Shown piece after piece: positions 18,780 through 28,012 of a stretch of 64,000 nucleotides of DNA. The notes below the pieces were generated by a model. The model saw only the letters and a program-made list of their open reading frames with translations, was not told the DNA's origin and did no database searches. Position 1 is the stretch's first letter, and each line of letters opens with the position of its first letter. A program made the position numbers and the translations under genes. Source of the DNA: Chloroflexota bacterium (GTDB lineage: Bacteria > Chloroflexota > Chloroflexia > QHBQ01); contig JANXYP010000200.1 of the NCBI GenBank assembly GCA_025355955.1, forward strand, positions 16,125-80,124. Reading direction: 5' to 3'.

Positions 18780-19610
18780 TTGTCAAATCAGAAGTCAAGC
18801 AATAGGGTTGCACGGGTTTGGGTTGGCCTCGCGCTAATTAGTGCGGCGCTGATCATGTCCGCTTGCAGCAGCGGCGGTACCGCCGCACAACCGGGTCAGG
18901 CGGTGGTGTCCCAACCGCAGCCGCAAACGGTAAGCTCGAACAATCCACCCAAGGTAGCTACTGCCTACCGCCCCGGTGGGCAGGCTACCCCCCAGCCTCC
19001 CATCGTCATTCCACCTGCCCCCGCCCTGCCCCCCAGCAGCGGCACCATCCTACTCGCCGATAACTTTGCCAACACCCTGATCAGCAACTACACCATTGTT
19101 GACATTGGCGCTGGCTCCGATGCCCTCCCCTCTAGCTGGCAGGTGCAGAACGGGATGCTCGCCCAGAATGGCGATAGCGACGGCAACCCTGCCTTCTACG
19201 ATACCTACGCCCTCACCGGCGATGCCGCCTGGACCAACTACAGCGTGGAGGGCGAAGCCTACTCTGGCGGCAGCCCGTTCGGCCTGGTAGCTCGCTACTC
19301 GAAGGCCGGTTTCTACCGCCTGCGGGTCAATCGCAGCACGGTCACGGGCGCGGGCTGGCTGCTACAACGCTACGACAGTGGCAAGCAAGCCTACACCACC
19401 CTTGCCAGCGGCGCGCTCAATAGCGGCTACACCGTTCAGCAGTGGAATTACCTCAAGCTGACGGCGCAGGGCAGCACGATTAGCGTAACCATCAACGGCC
19501 AGCCCACGGCCAGCGTCAGCGATGCCACCTACGCGGTGGGCAGCGTTGGCTTCTATGCCGAGGCTAGCGGGGCGCGCTTCAGCAACCTGCGCGTCAGCGC
19601 ACTGCAGTAG
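18780..19610 (+). CDS. Lipoprotein with DUF1080 domain, copy 2 (paralog of 14714..15562)
   Basis: TTG start with AGGAGG 8 nt upstream. Lipobox IMSAC. About 190 nt (≈19290..19480) are almost identical to 15240..15430. Confidence 0.65.
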   Translation: MSNQKSSNRVARVWVGLALISAALIMSACSSGGTAAQPGQAVVSQPQPQTVSSNNPPKVATAYRPGGQATPQPPIVIPPAPALPPSSGTILLADNFANTLISNYTIVDIGAGSDALPSSWQVQNGMLAQNGDSDGNPAFYDTYALTGDAAWTNYSVEGEAYSGGSPFGLVARYSKAGFYRLRVNRSTVTGAGWLLQRYDSGKQAYTTLASGALNSGYTVQQWNYLKLTAQGSTISVTINGQPTASVSDATYAVGSVGFYAEASGARFSNLRVSALQ

Positions 19611-19633
19611 AATTGGAGAGGAATAGCAACCTA

Positions 19634-22096
19634 ATGTATAAAGCTAAACTTGCCAGCCGCGCAGTCGCCGGTCTGGTTGCAATATCCCTGCTAATGACGG
19701 TGGGCGTTACCTACAGCGCTGCCCAGCCGGTCACGGCAACCAATAACCCGCCCGGCCCGTCCCAACCTGCGGTCAAGTCGGGGGCGCAATCCGCCGTTAA
19801 GTCCGGGGCGCAACCTGCATACACCAATGTGCAGTGGTCGGATGCCCAGAACGTATCCGGCGGTAGCGGTGAACTCTACCCTGGCCTGGCGATGAACGGC
19901 GGCGAAGCCCAGATAAACTTCAAGGGCGGCTCTCCCCAGGAGATTTTCGAGTCTTATAGCACCGATAACGGTCACACCTGGTCTGGACCCAGGTATCGGG
20001 GCTGCGACGGTGGTGCCGTGGCAGGCTCGACCGCGCCCAGCATTGCTGAAGACATCCACCTCAACGTCTATATGGTGTGGGAAGACTACTGCGGTAGCAC
20101 TCGCCAGTTGTACTTCAAGAAGTACGATGTTATCACCAACCAGTGGCTGGCTACCCGCCAGATCGTCAGCTCCAACACTAATGGCGGTTCAGTGGCGGTT
20201 GGCGCTGATGGGGTAATCCACATCTCCTTCATCAATGTGTTCGCCAGTGGGAGCAGCGGCCAGGTCGAGTACATCTACTCCACCAATGGTGGCAACAACT
20301 TCAGCAGCCCCACCGTTCTTAGCGACAGTAAGACCTGGGTGGTCACCACCCACGTTGCGGTGGACACCCTCAACCGCCCCCACATCGTCTACGACAAAGG
20401 CCCCAGTGGACGCTACAGCATTATCGCCAGCGATCTGATCAATGGCGCATGGCACGCGACTTCGATATACAGCGGGCGCGGTTTTTGGCCGAAGATTGCC
20501 GCTGACCACAATGGCGGCGTGGGTGCGGTCTGGCAGATGAACGATGCCGGGGTGCAGATACTCTATAGCCATTTTGATGGCACCAGCCAGCAGTGGGATG
20601 GGGTTCCCACCCAGATTTCGGTTGATAGTAGCAACAACTATTACCCTGCGCTCACCTACGACAACCTCGACGATGCCTATGTGGTTTGGGGTCAGAGCGA
20701 CAGCAGCCCCGGCTCTCAGCATCTGCAGTTCAGCTACGAGTACAGCCCTGGGGTCTGGAGTCCCGAGATCAACCTTCAGGGTACCCGTACCAGCGTGCCG
20801 GTGCTGGCTAACTACAACAACAATCTGACGCTAGCCTACCAGTTCGACGGCACAGGCAACTGGGGTATCTGGTCCAGTTGGGCGCAACTGTCGCAGCAGA
20901 CTAATACTCCGACCAACACCCCAACCAATACTTATACGCCCACGCCCACCAACACCCCCACCAACACCCCTACCTTCACGCCGACGTTTACGCCCACCCC
21001 TTGCGCTGACGGCTCGTTGTTCGCCGATGTCTGCCAGGGCTACTGGGCTTACCCCTACATCCAGGCACTGGGGCTACGCGGTATCGTCAGCGGCCAGGGC
21101 GGATACTACTACCCCGGTCGGCTAATCACTCGCGCCGAACTAACCGCAATTATGGTGCGTTCGCAGAGCTGGTCGCTGATTACACCGCCGACCCCCAGCT
21201 TCAGCGATGTACCAATTAGCTACTTTGCCTACAGCTACATAGAAACCGCCCTTGCCCATCACGCGATCAGCGGCTACACCGACAACATCAGCTCGCATCC
21301 CTGCGCCGATGCTGGCGTGGGTTCACCCTGCTTCCTGCCCAACAATTACGTGAAGCGTGATGAGACCACTGTGATCATCGTCAGGGCCAGCGGCTTCCCG
21401 CTAATCACCCCGCCGAACCCGAGCTTCACTGACGTGCCGACAACCTACTGGGCGTACAGCGCAATCGAAACCGCGCACGCTCGTGGCATCGTCTCCGGTG
21501 TAGGTGGTGGCCTGTTCCGCCCCGGAGACCACGCCAAGCGCGATCAGATGGCGAAGATCGTATACCTGGCCCTGCCCGCCATCACTAGCATCGTTCCCAG
21601 TTCGGCGCAGGCAGGTAGCAACACCCTGGTGACCATTACTGGACGCAACTTCGGCGACCCCCAGACCATCAGCAGCACGCTGCAGGTCAATGGGATAACC
21701 ATGACGATCGTCAGTTGGCACGACACCGTGATTAACTTCACCATTCCAGCTAACACGCCGTCCACGCCGAGTCCGGCAACCATCAATTTGACCTGGAACA
21801 ACAAGCTAGCCTTCATTGAGAACAACACCACCTTCACCGTGCTGCCCGCGCCGACCGCTACACCAGGCCCGCCGACCAGCACACCAGGTGGCCCCACCAA
21901 CACGCCGCTGCCGACCGTTACCAGCACGGCAACGGCAACGGTCACACCGGGCGGCCCAACTAACACCCCGCTGCCAACCGTTACCAGCACCGCAACGGTC
22001 ACACCGGGCGGCCCAACTAACACCCCGGTAGCTACCAACACGCCGCTGCCGACTACGACCGCAACCGCAACCCTTGCTGCTGAACCGAACAAGTAG
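19634..22096 (+). CDS. Secreted BNR/sialidase-like protein with three SLH domains and a C-terminal IPT/TIG domain, copy 2
   Basis: Same spacer and start context as copy 1 (ttggagaggaatagcaacctaATG). BNR motifs, SLH repeats, then an IPT/TIG-like segment (ITSIVPSSAQAGSNTLVTITGRNFG…) instead of a cupredoxin. Confidence 0.7.
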   Translation: MYKAKLASRAVAGLVAISLLMTVGVTYSAAQPVTATNNPPGPSQPAVKSGAQSAVKSGAQPAYTNVQWSDAQNVSGGSGELYPGLAMNGGEAQINFKGGSPQEIFESYSTDNGHTWSGPRYRGCDGGAVAGSTAPSIAEDIHLNVYMVWEDYCGSTRQLYFKKYDVITNQWLATRQIVSSNTNGGSVAVGADGVIHISFINVFASGSSGQVEYIYSTNGGNNFSSPTVLSDSKTWVVTTHVAVDTLNRPHIVYDKGPSGRYSIIASDLINGAWHATSIYSGRGFWPKIAADHNGGVGAVWQMNDAGVQILYSHFDGTSQQWDGVPTQISVDSSNNYYPALTYDNLDDAYVVWGQSDSSPGSQHLQFSYEYSPGVWSPEINLQGTRTSVPVLANYNNNLTLAYQFDGTGNWGIWSSWAQLSQQTNTPTNTPTNTYTPTPTNTPTNTPTFTPTFTPTPCADGSLFADVCQGYWAYPYIQALGLRGIVSGQGGYYYPGRLITRAELTAIMVRSQSWSLITPPTPSFSDVPISYFAYSYIETALAHHAISGYTDNISSHPCADAGVGSPCFLPNNYVKRDETTVIIVRASGFPLITPPNPSFTDVPTTYWAYSAIETAHARGIVSGVGGGLFRPGDHAKRDQMAKIVYLALPAITSIVPSSAQAGSNTLVTITGRNFGDPQTISSTLQVNGITMTIVSWHDTVINFTIPANTPSTPSPATINLTWNNKLAFIENNTTFTVLPAPTATPGPPTSTPGGPTNTPLPTVTSTATATVTPGGPTNTPLPTVTSTATVTPGGPTNTPVATNTPLPTTTATATLAAEPNK

Positions 22097-22121
22097 CAGC
22101 CAGGCAAGCAAGCAAGAAGAT

Positions 22122-22160
22122 GCGCCCCACCAGCCGATCGGCTGGTGGGGCGCATTGTTT
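22122..22160 (+). terminator. Rho-independent terminator candidate: perfect 32-nt palindrome gcgccccaccagccgatcggctggtggggcgc followed by attgttta
   Basis: Direct reading. 25 nt downstream of the SLH/IPT gene stop. Confidence 0.55.
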
Positions 22161-22252
22161 ATACCAATTGGTTAAGGCGATAATGGTTTACCATAGGGGC
22201 GCACGTCGTTGCAACCCTACGGGTAAATCCACTGAGTTATCAGCCAGTCTAG

Positions 22253-24391
22253 TTATTGCGACGGCAGCACGTAGCGCAGCACACGGCCAATCCAGCCATC
22301 CCAGCCGACCACGAATAGGAAGCCGAGCAAGCCGCTAACCAGCAGCCAGGTGCGCCAACCCCGCTGCCCCAGGTTCAGCGTAACCCCCTGCCTCGCGCCT
22401 GCCCAACTTGCGGGCAGCGCTTGCGCCAGCCTAACCAGCGCGTAACCCGCCAGCAATCCCAGCAGTGGCAGGGCGAACAGCATATGGCGCTGCAAGAGGT
22501 TGACCTTCAGGTCGACCACGCTGAAGACGGCGAATACCCCGGCCCATGCGATGATGATCGCGAGGCAGAAGCGGCGCACACCATCATTACTTATTGCGCT
22601 GCCCACTCGCCTTGCCAGCAGCAGGGCCAGGCCACTGAGGGCGAGGATGAGCGGCCATGCGGTGAAGTGCGCCCACACCTGCGGCCAAAAGCCGGTCAGT
22701 GGCGGCGTTCTAAAGAGGCTAGCATCCTGTCCCACCCCACTGCCCAGGTGCGCGATAATCGCGGGCAGCGAGATGGTTAGTATCGGCCAGACGTAAGCGC
22801 CATAGTAGAGGAGCGAGAGCGCCGCACCCACCCCGAACGAGGCCAGTAGCGGCCAGAGCGGAAAGCCAAACCCGCCCCGCCGCCGCATCACCAATACGAC
22901 TACCAACGCCAGACCCACCAACATCGCCATGAACAGGGCGATGGCGGTATGCGAGGTGAGGGTGAGGGCGGCTAGTAGGCTGAGGATCGCAAACGGTAGT
23001 GGCTTGTTCGCTCTGTCGGCGAGACATACCCCTGTCATTATGTAGACCACTGCCAGCCAGCCACCCCAGATGTAGGGCCAGTTGCCATCGCTGAAGTGCA
23101 GATAACTGAGCGGGGCGAACAGCGTGATTGCCGCCGCAATGATGCCCGCCTTTCCGCTGCTCAACCCCCGCTTGGCGATGGCATACAGCGCAAACACGAT
23201 CGTGCAGGTCAGCGCGGTCAGCGCGGTGTTGCAGGCAATCACCAGCCGATCTACATGGGTGGTGGGCCAGAGCAGACCGAACGGCACGAACAGGTAGTAG
23301 GCAAACGGCGGGTAGGGCAGCGGCACCGGCAGGTTCCATTGCCCCACAATCGAGAGTTCGCCACTGGTTCGCACATCGCTGTTGGCGGCGGCGCTGCTAA
23401 CCCGCTGGTACTTATCCCAGAAGGCGGCGGGGTCGGCAACCAGTTCCTGCACCTGGTGGGCGCGGAAGAGATGGTCGAGCATGATAAAACGGGGATGCAT
23501 CATCCCGCCCGCCTTAATCGCGAAGGCCAGCAGGAAGAGTAGCATCAGCCAGCGCAGCGCGATCGCGCCTGGCCTCGCCCCCAGCCGCGTCAGCGTCCAG
23601 GCAACCAGTGGCGGCAGTAGCACAGCCATGCCATAAACGCACAGCATCACCACCAGCAGCGGCAACGCGAACATGGTCAGGTCGTAGCGGTCGTAGACCA
23701 GCGCTGCGGCGGTGAGTAGCATCAGCGTCGCGCCACCCGCCCACGCGGTTCGCCCAGAGATGCCAAGGTGACGGAGGGTTAGGTAGAGCAGCAGCAGAGA
23801 AAGTAGCAGCCAGAGGGTGGCGCTGATCGGCGGCAGAGTCAGCCCCTCGCTAGCGGGCTGGCTCAACCCCACCGTATCGAACACCACTCCTAGCACGCGG
23901 CGGTCGTGCGCTGGGGAGAAGGCATTGGCCGCGAAGTAGATGGTCAGGTTATCATCGAGGTTGACGCTGGCGGGGATAGTTACGGTGTAGGTCTGTGGCC
24001 CCGGCTTGGGGGTGAGGATTGCAACCACCGTGCTATCGGCGGTGACGGTCAGCACGGCGGCGGGCTGTGCAGCAGGGCGGCTGCCAATCAGCCCCAGGGT
24101 GAGTTCGAGGCGCTGGCTGCGCCCCACCCCCGGCACCACCATCAACGAGACATCCTGCGACCAGCGGAAGCTGAGTTTGCCGTTGATCTCGCCATCGTTG
24201 AAGCCGCTCAGGTAGTAGCGGTCATTGTTAGTGCCGACATCAATGCCCAGGCGTGCGCCATAACTTACCTGATAGCCTAGCACAATCAGCAGCAGACCGA
24301 GGCCGAGCAACAGATACAGCCCAGGGCGGGCCAACTCCCTCCACTCCTCACCGATCAGCGGCGGCGCGACCCGCCCATTTGCTTCGTTCAT
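22253..24391 (-). CDS. Integral membrane protein (~13 TM) with N-terminal anchor and periplasmic domain; putative GT-C-fold glycosyltransferase / DUF2029-like. Paralog A.
   Basis: The ORF track starts at 24502. The paralog alignment and ATG at 24391 (MNEANGRVAPPLIGEEW…) support the shorter start. The glycosyltransferase assignment is tentative. Confidence 0.5.
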   Translation of the reverse strand: MNEANGRVAPPLIGEEWRELARPGLYLLLGLGLLLIVLGYQVSYGARLGIDVGTNNDRYYLSGFNDGEINGKLSFRWSQDVSLMVVPGVGRSQRLELTLGLIGSRPAAQPAAVLTVTADSTVVAILTPKPGPQTYTVTIPASVNLDDNLTIYFAANAFSPAHDRRVLGVVFDTVGLSQPASEGLTLPPISATLWLLLSLLLLYLTLRHLGISGRTAWAGGATLMLLTAAALVYDRYDLTMFALPLLVVMLCVYGMAVLLPPLVAWTLTRLGARPGAIALRWLMLLFLLAFAIKAGGMMHPRFIMLDHLFRAHQVQELVADPAAFWDKYQRVSSAAANSDVRTSGELSIVGQWNLPVPLPYPPFAYYLFVPFGLLWPTTHVDRLVIACNTALTALTCTIVFALYAIAKRGLSSGKAGIIAAAITLFAPLSYLHFSDGNWPYIWGGWLAVVYIMTGVCLADRANKPLPFAILSLLAALTLTSHTAIALFMAMLVGLALVVVLVMRRRGGFGFPLWPLLASFGVGAALSLLYYGAYVWPILTISLPAIIAHLGSGVGQDASLFRTPPLTGFWPQVWAHFTAWPLILALSGLALLLARRVGSAISNDGVRRFCLAIIIAWAGVFAVFSVVDLKVNLLQRHMLFALPLLGLLAGYALVRLAQALPASWAGARQGVTLNLGQRGWRTWLLVSGLLGFLFVVGWDGWIGRVLRYVLPSQ

Positions 24392-24518
24392 GTACCTATT
24401 ATATAAGCCCTTCTGCATCGGTGTCAATCGTGTCCGCGCCTCAATGTCTGGGATGCCGATTAAGTAATTGTTCCCCTCCCGGTGGGCAATTCTTACCCAC
24501 AAGTGGTGAAGGGCAGTA

Positions 24519-24720
24519 GTGGTGGGGATAAGCCCCGTTCGCCAAGTTACTGAGGGCTGGGAGCGTAGCTCCGAGCGGTCAAGCGCATCAATGCTTATCG
24601 AAAGCGCCTATGCGTCAACTGCGGTAAACCTTCGTCTGGGTAAGCAGCCGATAAGCCTGCGTAGCATTGCAAGCAAGGGCTGCGCCCCCAACCCCCGGTA
24701 ACTCGGCACGCCGCCTGCGT
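24519..24720. repeat. Family-5 structured repeat (gttactgagggctgggagcgtagctccgagcggtcaagc … gggctgcgcccccaacccccggtaactcgg)
   Basis: Homologous to 42990..43410 (two tandem units plus tail). Both sit upstream of minus-strand gene starts. Confidence 0.6.
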
Positions 24721-24838
24721 TCTTGCGGCATTATACTATTGGACGTTTTTACTTGTGGGTAACAATAAGCCCGCCGGGAGGGGTTGGGGTGGGTCCGTGC
24801 CACGCTCACTAGCCGATTAATTGACCACCAGCCTAGTT

Positions 24839-26968
24839 TCACCCCGTTCCCGGCGGCAGCACGTAACGCAGGATGCGGGCAATCCAATCATCCCAGCCGA
24901 CCGCAAACAGGAAGCCGAGCAGCCCGCCAACCAGCAGCCAGATGAGCCACCGTTGCGACACTAGCTCCATCACCCCACTTTGTCGCCCTAGCTTCGCGGC
25001 TGGCAGCGCTTGGGCCAGCCGCACCAGGGCGTAGCCCGCCAGCAGCCCCAGCAGGGGCAGGGCAAACAGCATATGCCGCTGCAAGAGATTAACCTTTAGA
25101 TCAACCACGCTAAATATGGCGAACACGCCCACCCAGGCGATGAGGATCGCGATGCAGAAGCGGTGGGTGCCATCGTTGCCAGTATCGCGCCTGCGGACGA
25201 CCAACAGGGCCAGGCCGCTGAGGGCCAGGATGAGCGGCCAGAGGGTGAAGTGCGCCCCCAGCTGCGGCCAGAAGCCAGTCAGCAGCGGCACGCTGAGGAA
25301 GCGCGGATCCTGGCCTAGTCCCGCACCCAGATGAGCGATAATCGCGGGTAGTGCGACAGTGAGTAGCGGCACGACATATGCGCCATAATATACAAGCGAT
25401 AGCACTGCGCCAACCCCGAACGAGGCCAGTAGCGGCCAGAGTGGAAAGCCAAATCCGCCCCGCCGCATTAGCAGCGCGACCACCAGTGCCAGCGCGACAA
25501 ATACCACCATGAACAGAGCAATCGCCGTGTGCGAGGCAAGGGTGAAGGCGGCTAGCAGGCTGAGGATAGCGAACGGCAGCGGCTTGCCCGCCCGATCCGC
25601 GAGACATACTCCTGCCATGATGTAGACCACCGCCAGCCAGCCCCCCCAGATGTAGGGCCAGTTGCCGTCGCTGAAGTGTAGATAGCTGACTGGCGCAAAT
25701 AGGGTGATCGCTGCCGCAATGACCCCCGTTCGCCCGCTGCCCAATCCCCGTTTGGCGATGGCGTACAACGCAAACGCCACCGTGCAGGCCAGCGCGGCCA
25801 GCATAGTATCGCAGGCAATCACCAGGCGGTCGACGTGGGCGGTGGGCCAGAGCAAGCCAAACGGCACGAACAGGTAATAGGCCAGCGGCGGGTAGGGCAG
25901 AGGCACCTGCAAGTGCCACTGCCCCAGCATCGAGTAGTCACTGCCGTGGCTGCCGCCGCTGGCATCGGCGGTAGTGACCCGCTGATACGTATCCCAGAAG
26001 CCCGCCGGGTTGCTCACCAGATACTGCACCTGATGGGCGCGGAAGATGTGGTCGAGCGCCTCGAAACGGGGGTGCATCATCCCGCCCGCCTTGATCGCGA
26101 AGGCCAGCAGGTAGAGCAGCATCAGCCAGCGCAGGGCGGTCGCGCTTGGCCCTGCCCCTAGCCGCATCAGCGTCCAGGCAACCATTGGCGGCAGCAGCAG
26201 GGCCATGCCGTAGACGCACAGCATCACCACTAGCAGAGGCAGCGCGAATATAGTCAGATCGTAGCGGTCGAAGGCCAGCAGCGCGGCGATCAGCAGCAGC
26301 AGCGCCGCACCGAGCGCCCATGATCCTTGCCAGGGTACACCCAGGTGGCGGAGGGTGAAATAGAGCAGCAGCAGGGGTAGCAGCAGCCAGAGGGTGGTAC
26401 TGAGCGGCGGCAGGGTCAGCCCATCGTTGGCGGGCTGGCTGAGTTGCACGCGGTCGAACACCACGCCCAGCACGCGGCGATCGTGGGGAGGCGAGAAGGC
26501 GTTGGCCGCGAAATATATGATCAGGTCATCGGCGGTGTTGACGCTGGCGGGGATGGTGACAGTGTAAGTCTGCGGCCCAGGCTGCGGGGTGAGGACTGCG
26601 ACTATAGTGCTATCGGCGGTGACGGTCAGTACGGCGGGAGGCTGCCCGGCGGGGCGGCTGCCAATCAGCCCCAGGGTGAGATCGAGGCGCTGGCTGCGGC
26701 CCACCCCTGGCACGACCATCAGCGAGACATCCTGCGACCAGCGGAAGCTGAGTTTGCCATTGACCTCGCCGTCGTTGAAGCCGCTGAGGTAGAAGCGGTC
26801 CTCGTCGGTGCCGACATCGATGCCCAGGCGTGCGCCCGACCTTAGCTGGTAGCCGAGGGCAATCAGCAGCAGGGCGAGGCCGAGCAGCAGATACAGCGAA
26901 GGGCGGGCCAACTCCCGCCACTCCTCACCGACCAGTGGCGGCGCAACCCGCCCATTTGCTTCGTTCAT
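24839..26968 (-). CDS. Integral membrane protein, paralog B of 22253..24391 (same N-terminus MNEANGRVAPPLVGEEWRELARP…)
   Basis: 709 aa, collinear with paralog A at roughly 75% identity by eye. Confidence 0.5.
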   Translation of the reverse strand: MNEANGRVAPPLVGEEWRELARPSLYLLLGLALLLIALGYQLRSGARLGIDVGTDEDRFYLSGFNDGEVNGKLSFRWSQDVSLMVVPGVGRSQRLDLTLGLIGSRPAGQPPAVLTVTADSTIVAVLTPQPGPQTYTVTIPASVNTADDLIIYFAANAFSPPHDRRVLGVVFDRVQLSQPANDGLTLPPLSTTLWLLLPLLLLYFTLRHLGVPWQGSWALGAALLLLIAALLAFDRYDLTIFALPLLVVMLCVYGMALLLPPMVAWTLMRLGAGPSATALRWLMLLYLLAFAIKAGGMMHPRFEALDHIFRAHQVQYLVSNPAGFWDTYQRVTTADASGGSHGSDYSMLGQWHLQVPLPYPPLAYYLFVPFGLLWPTAHVDRLVIACDTMLAALACTVAFALYAIAKRGLGSGRTGVIAAAITLFAPVSYLHFSDGNWPYIWGGWLAVVYIMAGVCLADRAGKPLPFAILSLLAAFTLASHTAIALFMVVFVALALVVALLMRRGGFGFPLWPLLASFGVGAVLSLVYYGAYVVPLLTVALPAIIAHLGAGLGQDPRFLSVPLLTGFWPQLGAHFTLWPLILALSGLALLVVRRRDTGNDGTHRFCIAILIAWVGVFAIFSVVDLKVNLLQRHMLFALPLLGLLAGYALVRLAQALPAAKLGRQSGVMELVSQRWLIWLLVGGLLGFLFAVGWDDWIARILRYVLPPGTG

Positions 26969-27008
26969 GCGCCTATTTTACGGTCCGGTTCATTGCTTTG
27001 TCAACCAG

Positions 27009-27953
27009 CTACAGCAGCGGGATGATCGCGTCGGCATACGCTTGCGCTCCCGAAGGGTTGGGGTGGCCCGCCGATGCCAGCAGGCAGAGAGGAATGTTGG
27101 TGCGGGTCGAGCCAGCGGCAGCGCAGGCCAACGCCCGTTGCTCCGCCACACTGGGGTCGTCGGCGGGGTAGAGCGGCGGGTTGATGGCGAAGATGAACGA
27201 ATCGGGTGCAGCAATCGCATTGGCGGGGCCGAAGCCGGGGTTGGCGAAGAAGATGCGGGCGGGGCCGCCCAGCGCGGCGTTGGCCTCATCCACCGCCTGC
27301 TGCAGCTTCAGGTTGGCCTGCTCCGCAAAAGTAAGGCAGTTCTCTATTACCCGCTGTAGTTCGGCAGCATCGGCGAAGAAGGTTCCCTCCAGCAACCCCA
27401 TCACAAACAGATAGGCGGCTAGCAGGAATTCGTCACTCTGTTCGCTGAAGATTTGGTAGTAGCCACTCACGATGATCTTCGCGTTGGCGAACACTGGCGT
27501 AACCAGGAGGGGGTTGGGCTGCGTACCAGTCATGGTCTGCAGCAGTTGACGCATCGCTAGGTGACAATAATGCTCCGCCAGGTCGCTGATGTCGTCAGTG
27601 GAGATTAGCGGATCGAGGATGTGGAACGGGCCTACATCGTTGATGCCACCATCGAGCAGGATCAGGTCAATCTCAGCGGGCGGGTCGCTGAAGGCGGCTG
27701 CCTGCTGCACGATGGTGGGATAGGAGCTTGGCACCTCGCCATCCAGCGGCGGCAGGCTGGTGGGGTCGTAAGGATGCAGCCCGATAATCGCGCCGGAGTG
27801 GGCGAGAACGGCGGTCTCTACACCGTCCACCCCTGGCTGCGACGCGATTGCTACGCCAACCAGGGTGGAGAACTTCTGCTCCTCCAGCAAACCCTGACCC
27901 CAGGTAACGGAATCGCCCAGCACCAGCATCTTGAAAACGTTTGGGTTTGACAT
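27009..27953 (-). CDS. SGNH/GDSL-family hydrolase
   Basis: N-terminal KMLVLGDSVTWGQG (GDSxxxG block I). Confidence 0.6.
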   Translation of the reverse strand: MSNPNVFKMLVLGDSVTWGQGLLEEQKFSTLVGVAIASQPGVDGVETAVLAHSGAIIGLHPYDPTSLPPLDGEVPSSYPTIVQQAAAFSDPPAEIDLILLDGGINDVGPFHILDPLISTDDISDLAEHYCHLAMRQLLQTMTGTQPNPLLVTPVFANAKIIVSGYYQIFSEQSDEFLLAAYLFVMGLLEGTFFADAAELQRVIENCLTFAEQANLKLQQAVDEANAALGGPARIFFANPGFGPANAIAAPDSFIFAINPPLYPADDPSVAEQRALACAAAGSTRTNIPLCLLASAGHPNPSGAQAYADAIIPLL

Positions 27954-28012
27954 AGCCTCCTTCAGGTTTTGGGATTTGGTGTAGGGGCGAACCCTTGTTC
28001 GCCCTCACGTTG

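Noticed and set aside
24392-24502. N-terminal extension of the membrane-protein ORF to 24502 (MWVRIAHREG…)
   Set aside because: The adjacent paralog starts at MNEANGR. The extension begins with TTG, has no ribosome-binding site and is not conserved between paralogs.
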